The notes below the pieces were generated by a model, which was not told the DNA's origin, made no database searches, and was given only the letters and a program-made list of their open reading frames with translations. This document shows positions 10,297-20,067 of a stretch of DNA of 64,000 bases, one piece after another. Both the position numbers and the translations under genes were made by a program. The stretch spans positions 54,571 to 118,570 of the forward strand of contig CAWCTG010000008.1 of the NCBI GenBank assembly GCA_963798375.1, given 5' to 3'. This DNA comes from Candidatus Binataceae bacterium. GTDB lineage: Bacteria > Desulfobacterota > Binatia > Binatales > Binataceae. Within the stretch, counting starts at the first letter, position 1. Each line of letters begins with the position of its first letter.

Positions 10297-11241
10297 CTAA
10301 GCGGGCGTATCCGCGGCCCGAGTGCGCACTGCGACCATCGCTTCAACCTGGCCCGCGATATCGGCGAGCACTTTGCCGGTAGGCGTGGACCCGTACTCGC
10401 GAACGAACAGCACGCCGCGATCGCTGCTGTCCGCAAGCCGCGGTTCAAACGCGAGCCGCGCCAGGATTGGCACCGCAGCCTTGCGTGCGACTCCGTGGAG
10501 ATCGCCCTCGGGCCACAGCGGCCGCACCGCGCGGCATCCGTCGCAGTTGAAGCCGACCATATTCTCCACGATGCCGACAATTGGCGCGCCAATCGCGCGG
10601 CCAATTTCTATCGCTTGACGCGCGGCGATGGCATCCTGTGCGGACGGAAGACTGAGCAGCAGGACGCCGTCGAGCGCTACCATGGCAGCCACCGAGCACA
10701 ATCGATCGAGGCCCGTCGCCAGATCGATGATCAAAAAATCGACGCTCCCGAACTGTGTTTGCGCCAGGATTCGCCTCAGCGCTTCGCGATAGCTCAGTTC
10801 CCCGGGCCGCGTCGAGGCATCCGCAACCGGCTGGCCGTCGTTGTTGCCGTCGATTTGATCGTAATCCTGCACAAAGTTGATCGGCGGCGCTTCACCGCCG
10901 GGAAGCTGATCGCTCGACACTACGCGCAGGCCATGCGGCCCCGCAGCCGGCTCGATTCCTTCGATCATCGGGTAGCGCCGCTGCGGATTCATCCCGAGCA
11001 TCGCCGCGACACTGGGGGAGTTCAGGTCCGCGTCAACAATCGCAACCTTGCGGCATTTCATCGTCAACGCCGCCGCGATATTCACGGCGAGCATGCTCTT
11101 GCCGACCCCGCCCCGAGCGCTTGCAAGGGCAATCGTCGCGCCGACGCCGGAAAGATTGGTGCGAATCCGCTCGCGAGCGTCGGCTAAATCGACGGATGGT
11201 CCAACGGATCCATCGCTTTCAATATCGGAAAATATCCTCAT
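10297..11241 (-). CDS. Mrp/NBP35 (ApbC) family P-loop ATPase, divergent
   Basis: ARGGVGKS, DADLNSPS, GIVENM and CDGC; start taken at MRIFSD. Confidence 0.8.
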   Translation of the reverse strand: MRIFSDIESDGSVGPSVDLADARERIRTNLSGVGATIALASARGGVGKSMLAVNIAAALTMKCRKVAIVDADLNSPSVAAMLGMNPQRRYPMIEGIEPAAGPHGLRVVSSDQLPGGEAPPINFVQDYDQIDGNNDGQPVADASTRPGELSYREALRRILAQTQFGSVDFLIIDLATGLDRLCSVAAMVALDGVLLLSLPSAQDAIAARQAIEIGRAIGAPIVGIVENMVGFNCDGCRAVRPLWPEGDLHGVARKAAVPILARLAFEPRLADSSDRGVLFVREYGSTPTGKVLADIAGQVEAMVAVRTRAADTPA

Positions 11242-11377
11242 TGGCCGGTTGCTGAAATCCTGATGCAGCGATCGTAGCGATCGTTGACAACTGCGGCTCC
11301 CGCGCAAGCTGTTCTGTTTAGGATGACTGGTTTGGGCAGCGCGGTAAACAACGCCCGCCGCGGCATGCTCGCCTGGT

Positions 11378-11830
11378 CTAGGCGCTCTCGTCGTCGGCGT
11401 CGGTCGAGCCTATTTTGCGGTAGGTATTGCGCTCGTCGTCGAATCGCCGCTGCGATTTCGCTTCGCGCTCCTGGTCCTGCTGACAATCCCGGCACAGGCG
11501 CGAAAATGGCATCGCCTCGAGCCGATCCTCTGCGATCTCCAGTCCGCAGGACTCACAGACGCCATAGGCGTCTTCGGCGAGACGCTCGAGCGCATCGTCG
11601 ATCTGCTTGAGCTTGACCCGTTCGCGGTCCGACAGGATGAAGTTGATCTCGCGATCGCGCTCTTCCGACGCGAGGTCGTAGGTGTCCATGCCCTCGTCCT
11701 TGTTGCCTTCGCGTTCGGCCCGCAATTCGGAATCGATCTCGCCGAGCAATTTGGTTTTCGTTTCCAGCAGTTGTTCGCGGGTTTTGGCAAGGAACTTCTT
11801 TCGGTTCGCTGCAACTGGTTTCTTCGCCAT
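11378..11830 (-). CDS. dksA: TraR/DksA family transcription factor
   Basis: DTYDLA coiled-coil tip; C4 zinc finger YGVCESCG...RLEAMP...CRDCQ. Confidence 0.85.
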   Translation of the reverse strand: MAKKPVAANRKKFLAKTREQLLETKTKLLGEIDSELRAEREGNKDEGMDTYDLASEERDREINFILSDRERVKLKQIDDALERLAEDAYGVCESCGLEIAEDRLEAMPFSRLCRDCQQDQEREAKSQRRFDDERNTYRKIGSTDADDESA

Positions 11831-11852
11831 TGAATTTGCGACTCCCGGTATA

Positions 11853-13193
11853 TTAAGCGGCCGCGCCGGCGACGGTGGCATGCAGGTCGTAGCTGAGCGC
11901 CTTGTCGATTCGTGCGCGCACGAACTCGCCCGCCTCCGCGTCGCCCGCCAGGAATACGGAGCCATCGATTTCCGGGGCTTGACCGGAGGTTCGCCCGCGC
12001 AGTCGCGTGACGCGTCCGGGCATCGGACCCTCGACCAGCACCTCCATTTCGCGTCCGACCAGGCCGCGATTCCTGGCCAGGGAAATCTCCGCCTGCGTCG
12101 CCATCAAGCTTGCGCGCCGCGCCCGCTTGACGCGCTCGGGCACCTGGTCCGGCAGGTTGTAGGCGGCGGTATTCTCTTCGCGCGAGTAGGTAAACACTCC
12201 CACGCGATCGAACTGCTGATTGCGGACAAAATCCACCAGCCGCTCGAAAGCGGCGTCAGTCTCGCCGGGGAAGCCGACGATAAACGACGTTCGCAGCACG
12301 ACGCCCGGGATACGCTCGCGCACCCGGTCGAGCAGCTTGACCAATGCCGCGCCCGAGCGCTCGCGGCGCATCGCGCGCAGCATCGCATCGTCGGCGTGTT
12401 GCAATGGCATGTCGATATACTTGACGACCTTGGGCAGCTCCGCGATTGCGTCGAGCAGCTCGGCGCTGACGAAATTCGGATAGCAGTAGAGCAGCCGTAT
12501 CCAGCGGAGCTCGTCGATCATCGAGAGTTCCCGGATCAACGCCGCCAGCGAAGACGGCTCGTCTAGGTCGCGGCCGTAGGCGGTCAAGTCCTGGGCGATC
12601 AAATTGATTTCGCGAACGCCGGCCGCAGTCAGGTTGCGCGCCTCGGCGACGAGGTCCGGCAGCGGGCGGCTCTCATGCAAGCCGCGAATCTTGGGGATAA
12701 TGCAAAAGGCGCACTGATGATTGCAGCCCTCGGAAATCTTCAAGTAAGACGTGAAGAAATCGCCGGTCTTGATCCGCGGGATTGCCGAGGTGGGCAGAAG
12801 ATGCGCCGCACCGGCATACGGAATCGGCCGCATCTCGGGCGCTTCGGTGCGCCGCAGCAGCTCGGGCAGATCGAGGAAGTTGCCGGTGCCGACGAACACG
12901 TCCACTTCGGGCATCGTGGCGGCGAGTTCGGCGGCGTAGCGCTGCGACAGACATCCCGCAACCACCAGCCGCTTGCCAAAGCCGCGCTTCTTGACCTCGG
13001 CAGCCTCGAGGATCGCGTCGATCGATTCCTTCTTGGCAGCCTCGATAAACGCGCAGGTATTCACCAACAGCACTTGCGCCTCTTCGGGGTCGAGTGTGAT
13101 CTCGAATCCCGCCGAGGTCAGCGCGCCCAGCATCAACTCGCTGTCGGCGAGGTTCTTGGGGCATCCAAGCGTGAGTAAGTGAACTTTTTCCAT
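11853..13193 (-). CDS. rimO: Ribosomal protein S12 methylthiotransferase
   Basis: LGCPKNLADSE, NTCAFI, CNHQCAFC radical SAM motif and TRAM domain with APEIDG. Confidence 0.93.
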   Translation of the reverse strand: MEKVHLLTLGCPKNLADSELMLGALTSAGFEITLDPEEAQVLLVNTCAFIEAAKKESIDAILEAAEVKKRGFGKRLVVAGCLSQRYAAELAATMPEVDVFVGTGNFLDLPELLRRTEAPEMRPIPYAGAAHLLPTSAIPRIKTGDFFTSYLKISEGCNHQCAFCIIPKIRGLHESRPLPDLVAEARNLTAAGVREINLIAQDLTAYGRDLDEPSSLAALIRELSMIDELRWIRLLYCYPNFVSAELLDAIAELPKVVKYIDMPLQHADDAMLRAMRRERSGAALVKLLDRVRERIPGVVLRTSFIVGFPGETDAAFERLVDFVRNQQFDRVGVFTYSREENTAAYNLPDQVPERVKRARRASLMATQAEISLARNRGLVGREMEVLVEGPMPGRVTRLRGRTSGQAPEIDGSVFLAGDAEAGEFVRARIDKALSYDLHATVAGAAA

Positions 13194-13306
13194 GACAGAA
13201 TCGGGAAAACTTACGGGGCTTTTAAAAATACCTGTCGCATACACCGGAGGCAATCGCGGTTGAGAGCGTCATCGCGGCGATTGTGGTTTTCGGGTTTTCT
13301 CGAGCG

Positions 13307-13984
13307 TCACGGCGCGGCCGGCGCCGTCACCACATCCGCGCCCGCCGGCGCCTTGAACGCGAAAATCGAATCGGGCAGTTCCACATTATCATGAACGTCG
13401 CTGAAGTCGATCCTCGTCGTGTCGCCAAGCTGGTCGGTGAGCGTCAACGTGATCAGATTGTAAGTCTTCGGATCGAGTCCGACCTCAATTTTGTAGCCGC
13501 CGGCCTTCGCGTCGAGGATCAGATCGACGAGACCGGAGGGCCTTGCGGGAGTTGCGAATGCGGCCTTGAAGTCGCGGTTGATATTGCCGATTCCGAGCAG
13601 GAACGAGGTCGCGCTGCTCGATTTGAGCGCCTGCTTGAGCGGAGTTTCGACGACCTGATTGAGATCCGGATCGTAGCTGTAGAGCGTCTCTCCGTCGCTG
13701 ACGATCGTTTGCACTTCCGGCGCCTCGAACTCCCAGCGCATGCGCCCGGGCTTGCGAAATGAAACCGTGCCCTGACGTTTGCGTTTCGGCGCGCCGACGG
13801 TCGCGATCTCCTCGCTGAATTTCGCCGAGAATGAATTGGTGTCGCGGTAATGGCGCTGCAGGCGATCCAGCACATGCTTCAAATCTTTGCTGACGGGGGC
13901 ACCGGCCGGCGCGATGGTCTCGGATTGAACGGGCGCGGTGATGGCGAGGAACATCACGATTGCCGGAAAGATCGCCTTCCACAT
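13307..13984 (-). CDS. lolA: Outer-membrane lipoprotein carrier
   Basis: Signal peptide; KPGRMRWEF, IVSDGETL, YDPDLNQV; lies downstream of ftsK. Confidence 0.85.
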   Translation of the reverse strand: MWKAIFPAIVMFLAITAPVQSETIAPAGAPVSKDLKHVLDRLQRHYRDTNSFSAKFSEEIATVGAPKRKRQGTVSFRKPGRMRWEFEAPEVQTIVSDGETLYSYDPDLNQVVETPLKQALKSSSATSFLLGIGNINRDFKAAFATPARPSGLVDLILDAKAGGYKIEVGLDPKTYNLITLTLTDQLGDTTRIDFSDVHDNVELPDSIFAFKAPAGADVVTAPAAP

Positions 13985-14008
13985 ATTTTCAGGGAAGTCG
14001 CCGCGCGT

Positions 14009-16276
14009 TCATCGCACGCTGCGCAGGCGGACTTCGCGCGGCTTGGCGCCGTCGGCGGGCATCACGATCCCTTCCCGTTCCATCTGCTCGACCATCCGGG
14101 CCGCGCGATTGTAGCCGATTCGAAGCCGTCGCTGGATCATCGAGATCGACGCCTGGTTGGTCTCCATCACGATCCGCACCGCCTCATCATACATTTCGTC
14201 CTGCATGTCGGCGCCGAATCCGGCCCCCTCTTCCTCGCCCGGAGCCTTGGTGTCGAGGATTTCCATGCGGTATTCGGGCGCACCCTGCTCGCGCAGGAAG
14301 TCAGCGAGCCTGCGAATCTCATGCTCGCCGACGAACGGCCCGTGCAGGCGGCGAAGCTTCACACTGCCGGGCGGCATGAAGAGCATATCACCGGCGCCGA
14401 GCAGGCGTTCGGCGCCGATCGAATCGAGGATCGTGCGCGAATCGACGCGCGACGCGACCTGGAGCGAGATTCGCGCCGGCAGGTTCGCCTTGATAAGCCC
14501 GGTGATCACATCCACCGAGGGACGCTGGGTGGCCAGGATGAGATGAATTCCGGCGGCGCGCGCCTTTTGCGCCAGCCGCGTGATATCGCGCTCGACCGTC
14601 TTGCCCTCGCCAAGCAGCAGATCGGCGAGCTCGTCGATGACGATCACGATCTTCGGCAGCTTGCGATGCTCGATCGCGCCGACCGCCGGCTGATTGGGAT
14701 CGTCCGACGCCGGTACGCTCTGCCCCGCCATCTTGAGCTGTGCGATCGACGCGCCCGAGGCCAGCGCGTGGTTGTAGCCGTCGATATTGCGCACGCCCAG
14801 CTCGCGCATCCGGACGTACCTGCTCTCCATCTCCTGTGTCGCCCACAGCAACGCGGACGCAGCCTTCTGCGGATCGACGACGACCGGAACCAGCAGATGC
14901 GGAATATTTTCGTACACCGACAATTCCAGCATCTTGGGATCGACGAGAATCAGACGCACATCGTCCGCGGTCGCGTTGAACAGAATCGACGCGATCATCG
15001 TGTGGAGCGAAACCGACTTGCCGGTTCCGGTCGCTCCCGCGATCAGCAGATGAGGCATCCGGGCGAGATCGGCGGCGACCGGACGCCCGGCGATATCCTT
15101 GCCGAGCGCGATGGTGAGCTGGCTCTGCGCGGCCAGGAATTCCTCGGCCTCGAGAATCTCGCGCAGGAAAATGCGTTCGCGCCTGCGGTTCGGAACTTCG
15201 ATGCCGACCACGGCCTCGCCGGGCACAGGCGCCTGGATTCGCACCGCGGCGGCTCTAAGAGCCATCGAGAGATCGTCGGCGAGATTGACAACCTGGCTTA
15301 CCTTGATTCCGGAGCCCGGCTCGAATTTGTACATCGTGACGACCGGGCCCGGCTGTACTTCGACCACCCGGCCCTCGACGCCGAAGTCCGCGAGTTTCTG
15401 CTCGAGCACGCGCGCGCTGCGCTCGAGCTGGCTCTCGTCCACCTGCGCGTGCTCGGCCGGCGGCAAATCCAGCAGCGACTGCGGCGGGAGTTTGAAAGCA
15501 CCCTTCTGGCGCGGCTTGGAAGCCGCCGCCCGGTCGCGCTTCTCGCGCGCCGTCGCATCGCGAATATCCAGCAGCCTGACCTTCAGCGGCGCCGGCCTGC
15601 CGCCCACGCCGTCCGGCTCGATCTCGTCGCCCACGCCGAGCGAGAACGGGATGCGCGCGTCGCCGCCGGCAAGTTCGAACTGCTCGCGGCGCGGGCGAAT
15701 TTGGTTGGCGAGTCCGGCCAGCAGCTCGGTCGGCGCCCGCTTGAGCATCAGCGCAAGCCCGCAGATGAATCCGAGCGCGACCGCGATCAAGCCCCCGGCC
15801 AGGTTGAGCGAATCACTGAGAATCGTGGCGATATCCGCGCCAATTTCACCGCCCATCTTTGCGTCGTGCAGATCCCACAGCGCGCCGGCCGCCGCGAGCG
15901 CAAGAATCAAAATGACACCGCCGCCGATCTCGCGCGCGATCGTGACGATTCCCGCACCCGTCCATACGCGCTGCGCCAGCCATGCGACCAATATCATCGC
16001 GGTGTACGACTGGTATCCCAGCCGGCCGCCGAGAGTCGCCGCGATGGCCGCGCCGACCGGACCGCCGAGGTTGGGACTCTGTCCGAGATCGACGCTTACG
16101 AGGCTCACCGTGCCGAAGGCCGCAAACGCGAGCAGCGCGAGTGCGGATAGCTCGCGAGCGATACGGCTGCCGGGATGTGCGGCAACGAAATCCTCCTCGA
16201 CCGCATCCCGCGGCTCGCGAGTCGGTGGAGAAGGCAGCTCGACGGGCGTTTTCTCCTTGCGCGCGATGGGGGTCAC
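14009..16276 (-). CDS. ftsK: DNA translocase FtsK
   Basis: N-terminal TMs; MPHLLIAGATGTGKS, IDELADL, ATQRPSVDVITG and gamma domain QRRLRIGYNRAAR. Confidence 0.95.
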   Translation of the reverse strand: MTPIARKEKTPVELPSPPTREPRDAVEEDFVAAHPGSRIARELSALALLAFAAFGTVSLVSVDLGQSPNLGGPVGAAIAATLGGRLGYQSYTAMILVAWLAQRVWTGAGIVTIAREIGGGVILILALAAAGALWDLHDAKMGGEIGADIATILSDSLNLAGGLIAVALGFICGLALMLKRAPTELLAGLANQIRPRREQFELAGGDARIPFSLGVGDEIEPDGVGGRPAPLKVRLLDIRDATAREKRDRAAASKPRQKGAFKLPPQSLLDLPPAEHAQVDESQLERSARVLEQKLADFGVEGRVVEVQPGPVVTMYKFEPGSGIKVSQVVNLADDLSMALRAAAVRIQAPVPGEAVVGIEVPNRRRERIFLREILEAEEFLAAQSQLTIALGKDIAGRPVAADLARMPHLLIAGATGTGKSVSLHTMIASILFNATADDVRLILVDPKMLELSVYENIPHLLVPVVVDPQKAASALLWATQEMESRYVRMRELGVRNIDGYNHALASGASIAQLKMAGQSVPASDDPNQPAVGAIEHRKLPKIVIVIDELADLLLGEGKTVERDITRLAQKARAAGIHLILATQRPSVDVITGLIKANLPARISLQVASRVDSRTILDSIGAERLLGAGDMLFMPPGSVKLRRLHGPFVGEHEIRRLADFLREQGAPEYRMEILDTKAPGEEEGAGFGADMQDEMYDEAVRIVMETNQASISMIQRRLRIGYNRAARMVEQMEREGIVMPADGAKPREVRLRSVR

Positions 16277-17967
16277 ACCTCCGTCACGTACGGAATCACC
16301 AGCGGCCGCTTGCCGAGCTCGTCGCTGAAGTAGCGCCGAATCGCGCGTACGATTTCTTCCTTCACGCGGGATTCATTGGCGTGCAGGGGGCCACCGAGCG
16401 CGCTCAGGCGCCGGGTCAATTCCTCCTTCGCGCGGCGCATGTGCACAGAAGTGCCGTCGCCGCTCACCAGCCCCCGCGAGAGCAGATCGGGGCCCGCAAC
16501 GATGCGCCCGGTTTTCGACGAAAGGACCACCACCGCCGTTACCGTGCCGTCTCGCGCGAGCACCCGGCGCTCGCCGACCACGGCGGGGTCGCCGCCGTCC
16601 GCGCCTTCGAGCATCACGCGGCCCGCCTCGACGGTGGGTCCGCGACGCGCCTCGCCACCGCTGCTGAGAATCAGCGAATCGCCGTCTTCGAGCAGGAAGC
16701 AGTTGCGCTCAGGTATTCCCGCGGCGATTGCGAGTGCGACGTGACGGCTCAGATGACGATACTCGCCATGAATCGGGATGAAGTGCCGCGGCCGCGTCAG
16801 CGCGATCATCTCCGCCAACTCGTCCTGGCTGGCGTGCCCCGAAACGTGAACCGGAGCGACCGCGTCGTAAACGACGTCGGCACCCTGCCGGTAGAGACGG
16901 TTCACCAGGGTGTTGATGGTGCGTTCGTTGCCGGGAATGAAGCGCGATGACAGCACCACCACGTCGCCATGCTCGATACGCACGCGCGGGTGGGCGTCGG
17001 CGGCGATTTTCGCCAGCGCGGAGAGCGGCTCGCCCTGGCTTCCGCTGGCCAGATAGCTCAGCCGGTTTGCGTCGATGAACTCGGCCTCGCCCGGCTCGAC
17101 AAACATCGCTTGCGCAAATGGAAGCTGGCCGGTCTCGAGACCCAGCCGAACGCTCTCCGCCATCGCACGTCCGAGCGGAACGACCCGGCGGCCGAACTCG
17201 CGCGAGACCTCGACCACCTGGCGAATCCGATGCAGATGCGACGAAAAGGCCGACAGGAAAAACCTGCCGCGCGCGCGCGACGTGAGCTCGCGCAGCACGG
17301 GCTTGAGCGAACTTTCCGAGCCCGAGCGGCCCGGGCGCTCGACGTTGGTCGAATCCGAGAGCAAGACGGCCACGCCTTCCGCGCCAAGCTCGGCAAAGCG
17401 TTCGCGATCGAACATCGCGCCGTCCACGGGAGCTTCGTCGATTTTGAAGTCGCCGCTATGAACGACGATCCCCGCGGGAGTTCGAACCGCGAGAGCAATC
17501 GAGTTCGGGGTCGAATGCGTAACCCGAATCGGCTCGACTGTGAACGGCCCAGCCTCGAATGCGACCCGCGGCGCAATCGTCCGCAGATCGACCGGCTCGT
17601 CGAACTCCGCATCCGCCAGGCGCCGGCGGGTGAAAGCGAGCGTTATATCGGTTCCATAAACGGGGACGTTGAAGCGGCGGATCAGGTGCGGGAGCGCGCC
17701 GATGTGATCCTCGTGGGCGTGGGTGAGCACGACCGCCTCAACCGCGACGTGGCTGCGCTCGAGCCACGCCATCTCGGGTATATAGGTACCCAATCCGAGC
17801 GCGGGCTCGTCGGGGAACATCACACCGCAATCGATCACGATCGCGCGCCCGGCGCATTCGATCGCCATCAGGTTGAGGCCTATTTCGCCCAACCCGCCCA
17901 GCGCCACGATTCGGACCGGAGCGGTCGTGGAAGTGCTTGCCGCCATCGCCCTATCCTGCCTCCGCAC
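16273..17967 (-). CDS. rnj: Ribonuclease J
   Basis: LGGLGEIGLN, HAHEDHIG, GDFKID, SQGEP, HVSGH, PIHGE. Confidence 0.93.
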   Translation of the reverse strand: MRRQDRAMAASTSTTAPVRIVALGGLGEIGLNLMAIECAGRAIVIDCGVMFPDEPALGLGTYIPEMAWLERSHVAVEAVVLTHAHEDHIGALPHLIRRFNVPVYGTDITLAFTRRRLADAEFDEPVDLRTIAPRVAFEAGPFTVEPIRVTHSTPNSIALAVRTPAGIVVHSGDFKIDEAPVDGAMFDRERFAELGAEGVAVLLSDSTNVERPGRSGSESSLKPVLRELTSRARGRFFLSAFSSHLHRIRQVVEVSREFGRRVVPLGRAMAESVRLGLETGQLPFAQAMFVEPGEAEFIDANRLSYLASGSQGEPLSALAKIAADAHPRVRIEHGDVVVLSSRFIPGNERTINTLVNRLYRQGADVVYDAVAPVHVSGHASQDELAEMIALTRPRHFIPIHGEYRHLSRHVALAIAAGIPERNCFLLEDGDSLILSSGGEARRGPTVEAGRVMLEGADGGDPAVVGERRVLARDGTVTAVVVLSSKTGRIVAGPDLLSRGLVSGDGTSVHMRRAKEELTRRLSALGGPLHANESRVKEEIVRAIRRYFSDELGKRPLVIPYVTEV

Positions 17968-18082
17968 CGAGGCGAATTATATCGGTCAGAAAACGGCGGC
18001 GAAAGCCGCTGTCCAACCAACTAACTCACTCACTTGCCTTGAGAACGGGGCGGGGCTAGTTTTCGGACATGAGGTGGAGAAG

Positions 18083-18532
18083 ATGGCGGCGTCGGTAAAC
18101 AAGGTAATTCTAATCGGCAATCTCGGACGCGATCCCGAAACTCGCTTCACCAACTCGGGCACGTCGGTCACCAACTTTTCAATCGCGACCAAGGAGTCGT
18201 TCGCCGACAAGAGCGGGACGCGGCAGGACCGCACCGACTGGCACAACATCATCGTGTGGGGCAAACAGGGCGAGACTTGCGCGCAGTATCTGAAGAAGGG
18301 AAGCCCGGTTTATATCGAGGGCAGAATTTCCTACCGCGAATACGAAGCCAAGGACGGCAGCGGCAAGCGCAAGGTCACGGAAATCGTCGCGATGCGCGTG
18401 CAATTCCTGAGCTCGCGCGGCGGTGCTCCGATGGGCGATGAGGCCGGCGAAGCTCGTGGTCGCGCACCCGCAAGCGGCGGAGGCGCGGGCGACGACGTCG
18501 CGCCGATGGACGACGAGGACATCCCCTTCTGA
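18083..18532 (+). CDS. ssb: Single-stranded DNA-binding protein
   Basis: SVNKVILIGNLGRDPE ... DEDIPF C-terminus. Confidence 0.96.
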   Translation: MAASVNKVILIGNLGRDPETRFTNSGTSVTNFSIATKESFADKSGTRQDRTDWHNIIVWGKQGETCAQYLKKGSPVYIEGRISYREYEAKDGSGKRKVTEIVAMRVQFLSSRGGAPMGDEAGEARGRAPASGGGAGDDVAPMDDEDIPF

Positions 18533-18546
18533 GCAGAATTGCCGTT

Positions 18547-18589
18547 CTAAGCACGTAACTTCCGGATTCGCCGCAATCGCGGCGGGGCG
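18547..18589. repeat. Copy 1 of imperfect 43-bp direct repeat (25-bp perfect core); alternative 3' end of the DUF309 gene
   Basis: gattcgccgcaatcgcggcggggcg is identical at 18565-18589 and 19062-19086; on the minus strand this copy reads PPRLRRIRKLRA*. Confidence 0.8.
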
Positions 18590-18725
18590 CCCTCTTCTCT
18601 TGTGTCTCCCCGAGCGGAGTCTGCGCAGCCGAGGGACCCGGGCTCCGCGATTCTTCTCTTGAATTTCCACGTGCCAGAAACACGTCCCCACCGACGCGAT
18701 TGTTCGATCTGACCTAGGGAAAAGG

Positions 18726-18950
18726 CTAGAGATTAGATTTGCCGGCGATTTTGACGCGTGCAAGGTCGTAGTGGGATGCCAGTTCCCATCCTTCCTCCGC
18801 GCGACTTTCCAAGCACAGCTCGATCGCTTCCCGGATATTGCGGAGTGCCTCCCTTCGCGTGCGGCCCTGGCTGATACAGCCCGGAATCACAGGACACTCC
18901 GGAACTACGTATCCATCATGCCCGGCGTTGAGTATGACTGGCAGCTCCAT
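18726..18950 (-). CDS. hicB: HicB-family antitoxin (orphan, short form)
   Basis: DGYVVPECPVIPGCISQGRTRREALRNIREAIELCLE HicB signature. Confidence 0.85.
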   Translation of the reverse strand: MELPVILNAGHDGYVVPECPVIPGCISQGRTRREALRNIREAIELCLESRAEEGWELASHYDLARVKIAGKSNL

Positions 18951-19043
18951 GTTTGCAGAGAGTATCACCTGTAGCGGCTACTCGAAATCGGCTCGCGCAG
19001 CGATTTTCCCCTACGCAGTTTTCAGAAACAGAAGCTGCAAAAT

Positions 19044-19086
19044 TCAAGCACCCGACCTCGCGATTCGCCGCAATCGCGGCGGGGCG
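19044..19086. repeat. Copy 2 of 43-bp direct repeat (current 3' end of the DUF309 gene)
   Basis: Encodes PPRLRRIARSGA*, the same length as copy 1. Confidence 0.8.
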
Positions 19087-19418
19087 GGAAGCGGGCTGCC
19101 ATCTGCGCGGCTTGCGATTTCGATAAATCGGCTCAACTCGACGCGCAACTCGCCGACTGCGAGACCCATGTGCTCGTGCGGAATCGGATCGAGCTTGGCC
19201 GAGGCTTTCTCGTACAGCGACCTTGCACCCTGGAAGTTTCCGCGCTGCGCGTGCAGGATCGCAACCGCGGCCTGGATCAGTCCCTGGTAGAAAAGCTTCG
19301 CCGCGCCGTCGGCGCGCTTCCAGATTTCCTCCCACGCTTCATGGCACTCGAAGAAGCGCCCTTGGTTGAAGAGGTCGATTCCCTGTTGGTAAAAGTCGGG
19401 GTGCGGCTGCCGCGTCAT
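19044..19418 (-). CDS. DUF309 domain protein
   Basis: GIDLFNQGRFFECHEAWEEIW...QGLIQAAVA..H. Confidence 0.88.
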   Translation of the reverse strand: MTRQPHPDFYQQGIDLFNQGRFFECHEAWEEIWKRADGAAKLFYQGLIQAAVAILHAQRGNFQGARSLYEKASAKLDPIPHEHMGLAVGELRVELSRFIEIASRADGSPLPAPPRLRRIARSGA

Positions 19419-19467
19419 CGATCAATCATAGCGCGCCGCGGCGGCGAATCGGCGTTGCGGCGCAGCG

Positions 19468-20013
19468 CTACTGTCTGGTCGCGTCAGGCTCGAGCTCGAC
19501 GCCTACCGGCACCAGCAGACGCACGACCATATTGTAGTAGGCGACGTTCTGCACCAGTTCCATCATGCGGCTGGTGTCGAGAAACGTCTTCAGGGCGTTC
19601 CAGGTCGCGTCGGTCACGCGCACGTTGCTGGTGGCCTCAACGGCGTAACGAATCACGGCGCGCTCATTGTCGCTGAACTTCGAGGATTTCTCCCAATCAG
19701 CGAGCGCTTCGAGCTGCTCGCGCGAGATGCCGATGCGCCGCGCGATGGCCCGATGATGCACGAACTCGTATTGCGCATCGGTCAGCCGTCCTACAGTGAG
19801 GATCGCGAGTTCGCGGAGTTTTGGGTCGAGCGCAGTTTTATTGCGAAGGTTGTTACCCATCGAGCAGAACCGGCGCAAAAATTTTGGCGTATGCGCAAGT
19901 ACGCGGAAGATATTGCCGACGGTCCCGCCGCTCTCCGCGGCCAGGTTGTCGAAGATCACGCGGTCGGCTTCGGGAAGGTCTTCGCGATTGAGGTACGGTA
20001 CGCGCGCGGCCAT
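19468..20013 (-). CDS. Carboxymuconolactone decarboxylase / AhpD family protein
   Basis: LDPKLRELAILTVG...YEFVHH...AYYNMVVR. Confidence 0.82.
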   Translation of the reverse strand: MAARVPYLNREDLPEADRVIFDNLAAESGGTVGNIFRVLAHTPKFLRRFCSMGNNLRNKTALDPKLRELAILTVGRLTDAQYEFVHHRAIARRIGISREQLEALADWEKSSKFSDNERAVIRYAVEATSNVRVTDATWNALKTFLDTSRMMELVQNVAYYNMVVRLLVPVGVELEPDATRQ

Positions 20014-20067
20014 GTGAGTGCGCCTCCTGCGGATAAGGATGTTCCTGACTTTGACCGCGCCCCGGGT

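Noticed and set aside
13850-16150. Long opposite-strand ORFs (766 aa here; also 1042-2913 and 41541-43643)
   Set aside because: Antisense shadows of ftsK, the LarA-like gene and lhr, expected in high-GC DNA; no motifs
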